DNA of 64,000 nucleotides, from NCBI GenBank assembly GCA_963727895.1, contig CAVSHT010000005.1, positions 256,001 to 320,000 of the forward strand, in the 5' to 3' direction. This DNA comes from an uncultured Methanosarcinaceae archaeon. GTDB taxonomy: Archaea; Halobacteriota; Methanosarcinia; Methanosarcinales; Methanosarcinaceae. A model generated the notes under the pieces. The model was given only the letters and a program-made list of their open reading frames with translations. It did not search any database and was not told the DNA's origin. The translations under genes and the position numbers were made by a program. Below are positions 1 to 9,234 of the stretch, one piece after another; positions within the stretch are counted from its first letter, which is position 1, and each line of letters opens with the position of its first letter.

Positions 1-577
1 ACTGTTTAAGCGGGCAGTGCTGGCATCCGTGGTTGCAAATTACTTTGATTTCGGGATTATGGGATTTGATGCCAGTGAAGACAAGTTTGAAGCCGCTTTT
101 CTGAAATACTTCGAACAGGGACTTGATGTTGACGATACACCTAAAATGCTAGGGCTTTTGCAGGATGTTGTTTACCTTGCAGATAATTGCGGAGAGATCC
201 TATTTGATGTATTCGTTTTTGAAATTATCAAGAAATTGGGTGGGAGAATCACACTTGTAGTCAGGGGTGGACCTATTCTTACAGATGTCACTATGGCAGA
301 GGTAAAAGAGTTTGAAATTGACAAAAAGGTAGATAGAGTCCTGACGACCGGCTCAAATTCCGTGGGAGTCCTTATTGAAGAAGCGCCGGCTGAACTGATT
401 CAAGCTATGAAGGATGCAACTCTTATTATCAGCAAAGGAATGGCAAATTACGAAACTCTCTCCGAACATAACTTTGGACCTATTGCTTATATGCTTCTTA
501 CTAAATGTGAGTGTGTTGCTGAAGATCTGGGACTTGAAAAGGGTCTATCCGTTGCAAAACTGATGAACTATCCCTGA
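1..577 (+). CDS. DUF89/ARMT1-like damage-control phosphatase (5' end probably outside window)
   Basis: YLADNCGEILFD, VRGGPILTDVT, IISKGMANYETL motifs. Confidence 0.85.
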   Translation, partial: LFKRAVLASVVANYFDFGIMGFDASEDKFEAAFLKYFEQGLDVDDTPKMLGLLQDVVYLADNCGEILFDVFVFEIIKKLGGRITLVVRGGPILTDVTMAEVKEFEIDKKVDRVLTTGSNSVGVLIEEAPAELIQAMKDATLIISKGMANYETLSEHNFGPIAYMLLTKCECVAEDLGLEKGLSVAKLMNYP

Positions 578-766
578 GTTTTTCATTGAAATATTTTCGG
601 AAGCTTCTTATCTCTCAGGCTCACTAATGGAAATATGGTTATGGATAGCATAAAAAAATTGATGCATGTAGTAAAGTGCTAATATCACAACAGATAATAT
701 ATTTAATACTAAATTCAAACCAACAAAATTAAAAAATATAAAATGAATTGTGAGGAGAGCTAAAAG

Positions 767-955
767 ATGTGTGAACTCAATGTGTTCCTGCTTCGTGGAA
801 ATGAACGTGAAAGAATTATGGATTCTGTAGTAAGGATTCTAGTTGACGGTGATTCAATTCAGCTTACCGGGATTCTTGGAGATCAAATGACTGTTGAAGG
901 CTCAATAAGGGAAGTTAATTTTTCAAGTGGAGAAGCCCTTATCCTTGCAAATTAA
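767..955 (+). CDS. CooT-family small nickel-binding protein
   Basis: 62 aa, starts MCELNVFL; GAGGAG RBS upstream; T-rich tract after stop. Confidence 0.75.
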   Translation: MCELNVFLLRGNERERIMDSVVRILVDGDSIQLTGILGDQMTVEGSIREVNFSSGEALILAN

Positions 956-1495
956 AAACTTTTTCTTTTTGCCTGTTCTTTTATATATGAGGTTTCTTCT
1001 ATCTTTCCTTATCTTTTCTAAGATTTTCTAGCTTTTTATCTCCTTTGTTCTATTGTTTTTCTCAATTAACTTTCTTTGAGATTAAAACTGTTTTTAATAC
1101 TCATTTTTGGTAAATAACAAGTAGAAAAAGGATTTGTAAGCTCTGAATTTCGTAATTTCTCTTTTATTCTCTGTAATTAATAAGATCTCCCCGGGAAAAG
1201 CATTTATCTGACCTTATCTATACTCAATATGATCTAAGATACAATTTCAAACTTATGTTAAAATATTCAAATTATATACATTGATACGATGTATTTGGTC
1301 ACATATCGGAATGTTGTAACAAACCTGCAAAATCTATTAAAAATATATTGTATTTGAATATACTTTAAGCTTATACCTATACTCTGATTGTAATCCTGCT
1401 TTCTGGAATTATAATATCCGGAAATATTTTAAATTTTCAGTGATTTAGGCTATATATCAAGTTGGGTAAAATTTCATTAAAAAGGTAGGATATAA

Positions 1496-2516
1496 ATGGT
1501 TAAAGCAAAAATCGCAGTAAATGGTTATGGAACCATAGGAAAAAGAGTTGCAGATGCTGTACAAGCTCAGGATGATATGGAAGTAATCGGAATTTCCAAA
1601 ACAAAGCCGAACTATGAAGCTGCAGTGGCTCACCAGATAGGATACGATATCTATGCTCCTGCTGCAAATCTAGGAGTTTTTGAGAAAGCAGGAATACCTG
1701 CAGCCGGAACAATTGAAGAAATGGTCGAAAAGGCTGATCTTGTTGTGGACTGTACACCAGGAGGAATTGGAGAAGGAAATAAGCCACTTTATGAAAAGGC
1801 TGGAGTAAAGGCAATCTGGCAGGGCGGCGAAGATCATTCACTTGCAGGTTTTTCATTTAATGCAATTTGTAACTACGAGCAGGCTGTGGGTCGTGACCTG
1901 GTAAGGGTTGTCTCATGTAACACTACAGCACTTTGCAGGGCTATTTACCCGATAGACAAGGAATTGGGGGTAAACAAGGTCAGGGTAGTTCTTGCAAGGA
2001 GGGCAACAGATCCCAATGATATAAAGAAAGGGCCAATTAATGCAATCGTACCCGATCCTATCAAGCTTCCGTCCCACCACGGACCTGATGTAAAAAGTGT
2101 GCTTCCGCAGATTACTAATATTACAAGTGCAGCCCTGAAAATTCCGACAACTCTAATGCACGTACATACAGTGAATATAGAAGTCAACAAAGATTGCACT
2201 GCAGAAGATATTAAAAACATCTTTGGTTCACAGCCAAGAATCCGTTTCGTAGGACAGGGAATTACTTCAACAGCCGAAATAATTGAATTCGCGCAGAGAT
2301 ATGAAGCGTCCCAGAAATGATATGTGGGAGAACTGTATATGGCCTGACTCCATAACTGTACAGGACAAGGAGTTTTATTTCTTCCAGGCTGTTCACCAAG
2401 AGTCTATTGTAGTTCCAGAAAACGTGGACGCTATACGGGCTATGATGGAATTGGAAAGCGACGGCGCAAAATCAATTGAGAAAACAAATAAAGCTATTGG
2501 CCTATATAATAAGTAA
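1496..2516 (+). pseudogene. gap: Archaeal type II glyceraldehyde-3-phosphate dehydrogenase with a single +1 frameshift near 2292
   Basis: NGYGTIGKRVADA and catalytic VVSCNTT; C-terminus ([13 protein letters not shown]...[17 protein letters not shown]) continues in another frame to 2516. Confidence 0.9.
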
Positions 2517-3074
2517 GGCTATAGGACTGTAAATATACAAAGTTTGATCTTTTGAGAGGGCTCCGGGTTGAAAAATATTGATCAACATCTGGAGTCCTGG
2601 TTCAAATAAAAAATGAGATAGTATAAAGAGATATAGTGAGAAGACTTTAAAAAATATATTAAGTAACTATCAAGATTTGCAGATCTTGACAGACACCATT
2701 TAATGAATTAATGACAAGAAGCATTACCTTTGTCACATGACATAAATAAACTGGGCATACTGAATAATAGTATAAGTAAATTTCCTTTTTAAAAAATATA
2801 TAATCAGTTGTATTATGTAAAGTGGATCCTTTTGTCAGATACCACCTTAGACTCTCCCCACTCAACAAAGACGGTTACAATTTTAACTTTCACCAATAGT
2901 TATAGATATCATATTAAGCATTTACTATTACTAAAAGAACAAGTCGTAACTTCGATTCGATTTATACTGGCATAGGATACTATGAATTGAATTTACTTAT
3001 TAATATTGATGACTAACTCTAAGTATCTAATATCTTCTTAAATTATTTGCTGATCAATAAGTTGAAATCAAATT

Positions 3075-3436
3075 TTAGCAGGTAACGTGGAACATTGCAA
3101 TTACTTTTCCTTTGCTTCTGTTCCAGAGTTTTATTGCTTTTTGAGTGGGAAGAAGTTTTGCTTTGCAGTCTTTCTCGTCAAAAAACTTTCGGGCTTTTTT
3201 GAAAGTTCAACATACCCAGTCTGGCCAGTGCCGATAATTATTTTCTCTGCTCCCTTTTCATAGATATATTTTGCCTCTGCAAGCGAAATTTTATGGGATG
3301 TCCCATAGACTTTTTTAGAAAGCTTTTTCCTGCGTTTTTCAATCTGCCCACTCATACGTATAAGAATATCATGCTCAAACGGCTTATTTTTGACTATGAT
3401 TGAGCCAAAACTGGTTGAGTTTATTTTTGGTTTCAT
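3075..3436 (-). pseudogene. Mth938-like domain protein, frameshifted in an A-run near 3195-3200
   Basis: MKPKINSTSFGSI...IIIGTGQTG; second frame gives LLPTQKAIKLWN...VIAMFHVTC-stop. Confidence 0.8.
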
Positions 3437-3459
3437 GGTTTTCTCCATCTCTCTTATAG

Positions 3460-3848
3460 TTACCTCTTTCACTAGTAGATACTTCCTGTTTCCACGCTTG
3501 AAAGATTTCAAGCAATTTCATAGGTATTTCGGATATGACCTTAACTTTTCCTTCATATATCTCTCCGTTTGTCCCATCCAGACTGATTATGTCTCCTCCA
3601 TGAAACTCCTTTTCCCCTATTCTGCATTTCCTATTACTAGGATAAATCTTAAGGTGCTGACAGTTGACAATACAGAGACTTTCCCATCTGGCGGGCTAAC
3701 CGGCTGTATGGGTATTTCTGGCACCTTTTGCGATCAGGGAAGCCTGCAGATATATGGATTTCCGAGATGTCGTCAGGCGAGGGAGTTTCCCGAACTAGGA
3801 TTACAGCTTTTGTATTATAAGAGGCATAGCTTTTTGCTTTCTCACTGC
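3460..3848 (-). pseudogene. 3' remnant of a PPDK-like gene (PEP-utilising enzyme mobile domain); not in ORF track
   Basis: Manual translation across frameshifts: VILVRETPSPDDI...ARQMGK...IVNC...GDIISLDGTNGEIYEGKV. Confidence 0.75.
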
Positions 3849-3853
3849 TGAAT

Positions 3854-4162
3854 GTGATAGCTAACCTGCAAGGAGCCGACTTACAAGAAGCTGACCTGCA
3901 AGGAGCTAATCTTCAAGGAGCTAATCTTCAAGGAGCTAACCTTATCGAAACAAAGCTTAAAGGAGCTAACCTTATCGAAACAAAGCTTAAAGGAGCTAAC
4001 CTTATCGAAACAAAGCTTAAAGAAGCTAAGCTTTAGGAAGCTTACAGTTTATCACTTGACCTGCTTTCAAAAGTGAAAACACTCTATGATATAAAATTAA
4101 ACGAAGATATCTTAATACTATTAAAAGAAAAGTATTCCGCTCTTTTTGAGGTACCTGAGTAA
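3854..4162 (+). pseudogene. Pentapeptide-repeat protein fragment with in-frame TAG at 4034-4036
   Basis: A(N/D)LQG and ANLIETKLKG repeats; frame continues past TAG as EAYSLSLDLLSKVKTLYDIKLNEDILILLKEKYSALFEVPE-stop. Confidence 0.7.
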
Positions 4163-4575
4163 AAATATTAAGGACGCAAATTTAGGTCTCTTAAGTTTAG
4201 CTCTTCAATCTTAGTGTGAACTTTAATCCAAAATAAATTAAATATAAAATAGATTAGAAAGAATAAGAAAATTCATTGGATTACATTCGCAACTCTTAAC
4301 ATTTCTGAAGTCATGGATATTTAAGATTGCAAGTATTCTTCTAGTAACCGGATATACACAATCTGGTTTCCAATAGTAGCTTTGTCATCTTTGGCTCATC
4401 CAGCAACTCAGCCATTGAAGACATTTCGGAAAAATTACTGTATTATCACTCATACAGTCCATATTGATGACACAACTGGTACCATGAGCTCTACTAAAAT
4501 ATATCCAAACGACCTTTGGAAATTTGACATTTCTTGAACATTTAATATAAAGAATAGTAAGGAAGTTAGTAAATT

Positions 4576-5595
4576 ATGACAAATAGAATAGAAGAATTAC
4601 TGGATGCTCTGAGAGTTCCTCCCAGCAAGAAGATCAACCTGATAAAAGACTATGATCCTGGTTTCACCGGTAAATGGGTAAAAAAAGAAGAAGCTGAAGA
4701 AACTCTGGCTGAAGGCATCCAGATCCTGTCTGAGATGCAAGACAAGCTCTGGGCCCAAGACCAATATGCTCTGTTAATAATTTTTCAGGCTCTAGATGCA
4801 GCAGGCAAGGACAGCACCATCAAGCATGTAATGTCAGGTGTCAACCCACAGGGAGTCGATGTCCACAGTTTCAAGGTTCCTTCAGGTGAAGAACAGGATC
4901 ACGATTATCTGTGGCGCCATTTCAAGGTCCTGCCTGCTCGTGGTCGCATTGGAATTTTTAATCGTTCTTACTATGAAGAAGTCCTTGCCGTTCGCGTGCA
5001 TCCAGAGTTCATCGCTGGTGAGAAGCTTCCCTCATACCTGAAGGACAAAAATATTTGGAACCGGCGCTTTGAGGAGATCAATAACTTCGAGAAGTATCTG
5101 TTTGACAACGGCATTATTGTAGTAAAATTCTTCCTTTATGTGTCTAAAGAGGCACAAAAAGAGCGTTTCCTAGAGCGGGCACTGGAACCAGAGAAGAACT
5201 GGAAGTTCTCTGCAGCCGATATGAAAGAGCGAGCTTTTTGGGACGATTATATAGCGGCCTATGAAGACATGTTCAATCATACGAGTACTGAGTGGGCTCC
5301 CTGGTACATCGTGCCTGCTGATCATAAGTGGTTTACCCGGCTGGCTGTGGCGGGTGTGCTCTACAACAAGATGAAAAAACTCAATCTAGCATATCCTACT
5401 GTCAGCGAGACACAGAAACAAGCTTTGATTGAGGCTAAGGAGGAGCTTGAATACGAAAATGGTGGTATGAAGGATAAAATCGTCATAAAGGCCGAAGCGA
5501 AGGCTGCCGCCGATTTAAAAAATCTAGCTGCAAACAAAGAAGTCACCAAGAAAGAAACTAAGAAAAACAAGAAGAAAAACAAGAAGAACAAGTAA
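4576..5595 (+). CDS. ppk2: Polyphosphate kinase 2 family (class III-like) with Lys-rich C-terminal tail
   Basis: QALDAAGKDSTIKHV Walker A, GIFNRSYYEEVL, APWYIVPADHKWF. Confidence 0.92.
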   Translation: MTNRIEELLDALRVPPSKKINLIKDYDPGFTGKWVKKEEAEETLAEGIQILSEMQDKLWAQDQYALLIIFQALDAAGKDSTIKHVMSGVNPQGVDVHSFKVPSGEEQDHDYLWRHFKVLPARGRIGIFNRSYYEEVLAVRVHPEFIAGEKLPSYLKDKNIWNRRFEEINNFEKYLFDNGIIVVKFFLYVSKEAQKERFLERALEPEKNWKFSAADMKERAFWDDYIAAYEDMFNHTSTEWAPWYIVPADHKWFTRLAVAGVLYNKMKKLNLAYPTVSETQKQALIEAKEELEYENGGMKDKIVIKAEAKAAADLKNLAANKEVTKKETKKNKKKNKKNK

Positions 5596-5700
5596 TTCCT
5601 TTCCGGAAATTAGAGCTACTCATGACCAGAAGAAATCAAAACTCCACACTTTTCTAACCAAAGAAGAATAACGTTCTTCCTGTTCTATAAAATTAAATCA

Positions 5701-5725
5701 CTGGATCCGGCTTAGACGGATCCAG
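5701..5725. terminator. Hairpin between convergent ppk2 and glycosyltransferase genes
   Basis: CTGGATCCG-N7-CGGATCCAG perfect 9-bp stem. Confidence 0.4.
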
Positions 5726-5871
5726 ATGTCAAATCTGAATTTTTCTTTGATTTTTAGGAATAGAATGATCCCTTTAAGAGCATTTAATCAATGTTACAAA
5801 ATTGTGTAGGGAATTATAATCATAAAAGTTTTCCCATAAGTAATATGCTAAAAAGGAATTAACTCTCTATT

Positions 5872-7035
5872 TTATTTTATATCAGTTACTTTTTCATACA
5901 CCTTGAGAGTTTTTTCAGCTATTGTTTTCCAGTTATACTGCTTTTTAAGAAGGTAGTTACCTTTTTCCCCCATTCGATTATGCCTAAGTCCTTCAAGGAC
6001 ATAATTGAGGCCCCAAGCAATAGAAGATGGCTCTTTATGAGCAATAACCCCTGTCCTGAAATTTTCCACAAGTGCGACTGCATCGCTTGCAACTACAGGT
6101 TTTTTTGCGTCCCAGGCTTCAAGCACCACAATTCCAAAGGGTTCGTTCCGGCTGGGCACACATACAAGATCACAGGCGTTAAACCAGTTTATTACAGTAT
6201 TATCTGAAGCATATCCAAGGAAATTACAGGAATTTCCAATGCCAAGTTTTTTTGCCCGATATTTGCAATAGGAACGCATTTTTCCTTTTCCGATAAGTAC
6301 AAACTGGGCATCTCTTTTTTTCAGGACTTTTGCAGCTGCTTCCACAAGCAAGTCAGGTCCTTTCTGATATTCCATCCTTCCCGTGAACAGAACTACTGGA
6401 AGACGTGGATGGATTCCATAGTGCCTTTTCACATCTTCAGGGTTGATTTTTCTTTTTATTTTTCCAACATTCATGCCATTAGGAATTTCCCAGAGCTTGT
6501 AATCGGGAATTTTATAGATGCGCTTGACTTCTTTCTTCAATAAGGTAGAAGTAATGATAACAGCCGAAGATTCATAGCCTCCGAGCCACTCTCTATGTGA
6601 AATTTCCTTTGCTTCCCACCAATTTCCATGCTGATTTCCATTACGTCCCCATTCAGTACTATGGAAAGTTAGTACAAAAGGCAATCCAAACTGGGCTTTT
6701 ATTCTGCAAAGAACATTTACAGGGTGCCAGTCATGGCCATGTAGAACGTCAAATTCGCCTGCGCTTTTTCTCACTTCAAGGAACCGGCAATACATCGCAT
6801 CACACATCCGGTTCATCTGTTCTATTATTCCCTCATTTTGATCGCAGGCAATCTTGTGATAATGGACTCCGTTTATTATTTCATTTTTATCTTCGCGGTC
6901 TCGTGTAAAAAGGTGGACTTCATGTCCCTCTGCTGCAAGAGCATCAGAGAGTTCAGATACATGGGGTGAAATTCCTCCTACACGTATCGAATACAAACTT
7001 TCCCAGGTAAACATTCCTATTCTGATCTTTTTCAT
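5872..7035 (-). CDS. Glycosyltransferase family 4 (glycogen synthase-like)
   Basis: HGHDWH, PSRNEPFGIVVLEAW; ATG at 7035 preceded by AGGGGAGG. Confidence 0.9.
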   Translation of the reverse strand: MKKIRIGMFTWESLYSIRVGGISPHVSELSDALAAEGHEVHLFTRDREDKNEIINGVHYHKIACDQNEGIIEQMNRMCDAMYCRFLEVRKSAGEFDVLHGHDWHPVNVLCRIKAQFGLPFVLTFHSTEWGRNGNQHGNWWEAKEISHREWLGGYESSAVIITSTLLKKEVKRIYKIPDYKLWEIPNGMNVGKIKRKINPEDVKRHYGIHPRLPVVLFTGRMEYQKGPDLLVEAAAKVLKKRDAQFVLIGKGKMRSYCKYRAKKLGIGNSCNFLGYASDNTVINWFNACDLVCVPSRNEPFGIVVLEAWDAKKPVVASDAVALVENFRTGVIAHKEPSSIAWGLNYVLEGLRHNRMGEKGNYLLKKQYNWKTIAEKTLKVYEKVTDIK

Positions 7036-7184
7036 AGTCCCTCCCCTTTTGTCAGAATGAGACATGAGGAACTAAGTTACGAATTACAGTCCCCCTTGCC
7101 TGCATATATTGTTATTTTTTAGAAACTTGTAATATATTCAGAGGTACCAAATTTAACACTACTTTTAGTATTTTATGACTAAAT

Positions 7185-8139
7185 TTAACTTTTGTTGATT
7201 GCATTTAAGCATTCACGTGCTTCTTTGATTAGATAATTTTTATGACTACCTATGATGAATGCGTGCTGAACGAAGCAATCCTATACTCACAAAAAAAGGC
7301 AAAACTTTAGTAATATTGGTGAAATCCTTTTCGTCTTTGCTATATTCACTAGAGAAAGCTTTCTATGTATGGTTCGGCTCTCCAGTCTCCTCCTTTATGC
7401 CGTTCGAATTCGTTCTTAAGTTCTGCAGTAAGGATTCCCAAGATCTCTTACAGGATGGGCCTGCGAACCAGGAGCTTTCAAAATCAATTGCATAAGGGCT
7501 TACCTTTACAGAATATATAATTCGAAGGAGTAGCATCCCTGTGAACCATGCAGCCACATTCTCTGTCAAGCCACGAACTGTACCACCATTTTCCAAGCAG
7601 TTTATTAAAAGTCTTCCTGGTATCACGATCCAAGTTTTAGATGATCCAGGACTTCATGGTAGTTTCTGAATTCATTTTCCTTATTGTAGGAGGATTTTGT
7701 ATTATCGTGAAGCTGTCGAAGCATATGTGCAATGGCAGCAAGCCGTTCATTAAGCTTTTCTTCATGCTTTATGTACCAGCCCAAAGGTTTCCCAGGTATA
7801 TATTCAGTTACAAGGACGCAGTGGAATTTTTTATTGACTGCAAGAGGTTTTGCAACATTTATTATGGAAGCTACTCTTCTCTAGGTTCCTATATTCTTTC
7901 ATCATGCCTTTATAAGGATTATAATTTCTCAGTTGCCCAGTTGGTTCTGCAAAGAACTTTGCCACTACGCTGTAGTGTTCGCCCTTGAAATGATACTTGC
8001 AGACAGTATGGGATGAATTGGATTTCAAAAACATCAACCAAACAATGTTTATTCTTAAGCCTATCCTTACAACTTTCTCAACAAGCCAGTCCCTGAAGGG
8101 ATCTCCAGGACTTAAAGTATTTACATAGTGATATGCCAC
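7185..8139 (-). pseudogene. Aminoglycoside-phosphotransferase/kinase-like gene with multiple frameshifts
   Basis: Fragments VVAKFFAEP, LVTEYIPGKPL, HRDATPSNYIF (HxDxxxxN), DFES, DLGILTAEL spread over three frames. Confidence 0.8.
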
Positions 8140-8654
8140 CTTAGACTCTCCCCCACTCAATAAAAATGACCACTGTTTCAATTTTGGACAATAGTTGTCT
8201 GTTTAATTTTAAAAATTTTGCGATTTATAATAAGAAAACAATAATTTTTGATATTATGTACTGGTATTGGATGTATGAGGTTGAATTTATTTATTGATAC
8301 TGGTGACTAATTATAAGTGTCTATTATCCTTTCAAATGTAGATAAATATTGATTGGAGACTGAGAGCTTATCTGAAAAGTGAGTATTGATTTTGGCATTA
8401 ACCATATCTAGATTAAATATGCAACCTTTTTAATATAAGTTACTTTATAGTATTATATGCCATACTATTTCCAATAGTTCTATATAGCGAAACATATATT
8501 TTTATATTGATTTCAGAGTTTAAACCCTAACAATGTTATATTTTTTGATTATAAAAGTCAACTGTGGGATGATAGTACTTCAAATTCAATTATAAAATTG
8601 GCTGAAATTTATAAAATATAAAAATTGTAGTCGAATATGGCATTAAGAGGGATA

Positions 8655-8777
8655 AAATGACAGAAGAAATTAAGATAGCAGAGGAAATCAGTGTACTCAA
8701 ATCAAATTCTTCAAGTTTTTCAATATTTGATTTGAGTACACTGATTTCCTCTGCTATCTTAATTTCTTCTGTCATTT
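8655..8777. repeat. Perfect 53-bp-arm inverted repeat (17-bp spacer) made by inverted duplication
   Basis: 8655-8707 is the exact reverse complement of 8725-8777; spacer 8708-8724 is the reverse complement of 8778-8794. Confidence 0.95.
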
Positions 8778-9063
8778 ATTGAAAAACTTGAAGAGATTGT
8801 AGATAAGGTAAATACTACAAAAGGAAATAAAAAAAGTCTTATAAAGAAAGCAAAGGAAAACAAACTTTTACCAAAGAAAGAACTAAAAAAGTTATCTACT
8901 GAAATTGGAAATTTTAACAAAATTGCAATAGATAAAGCTTTGATAAAAAAGCTAAATATAAGTTGATAAGGTTAGAACTCGAAATGGCACTCAATGAATA
9001 TACCGCGTTACAAAATGAATATGCGAAAACTTATTCTGAAATTGAGAGTCAAATTATCAATTA
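8657..9063 (+). pseudogene. Small Lys/Glu-rich hypothetical gene disrupted by a 70-bp inverted insertion
   Basis: GAGGGA RBS + ATG; removing 8708-8777 restores MTEEIKIAEEISVLKSNIEKLEEIVDKVN... Confidence 0.55.
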
Positions 9064-9234
9064 AACTTGAGATAAAAACACAAGTAAAATCAAAAAATAT
9101 ATGTCATTGCTAGTAAATGTATGAATAATGCTGAGATGTACTGTGTAGTGACGGGATTTTACCTCTAAACAAACGTCATAGAATGCTGAAATATATCACA
9201 GACCCCTTAGACTACCAGTATCCGGGGGGAAGGC

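Noticed and set aside
3390..3851. 153-aa plus-strand ORF
   Set aside because: Antisense to the PPDK-like and Mth938-like remnants.
8590..8775. 61-aa minus-strand ORF
   Set aside because: Created by the inverted insertion copying the start codon.
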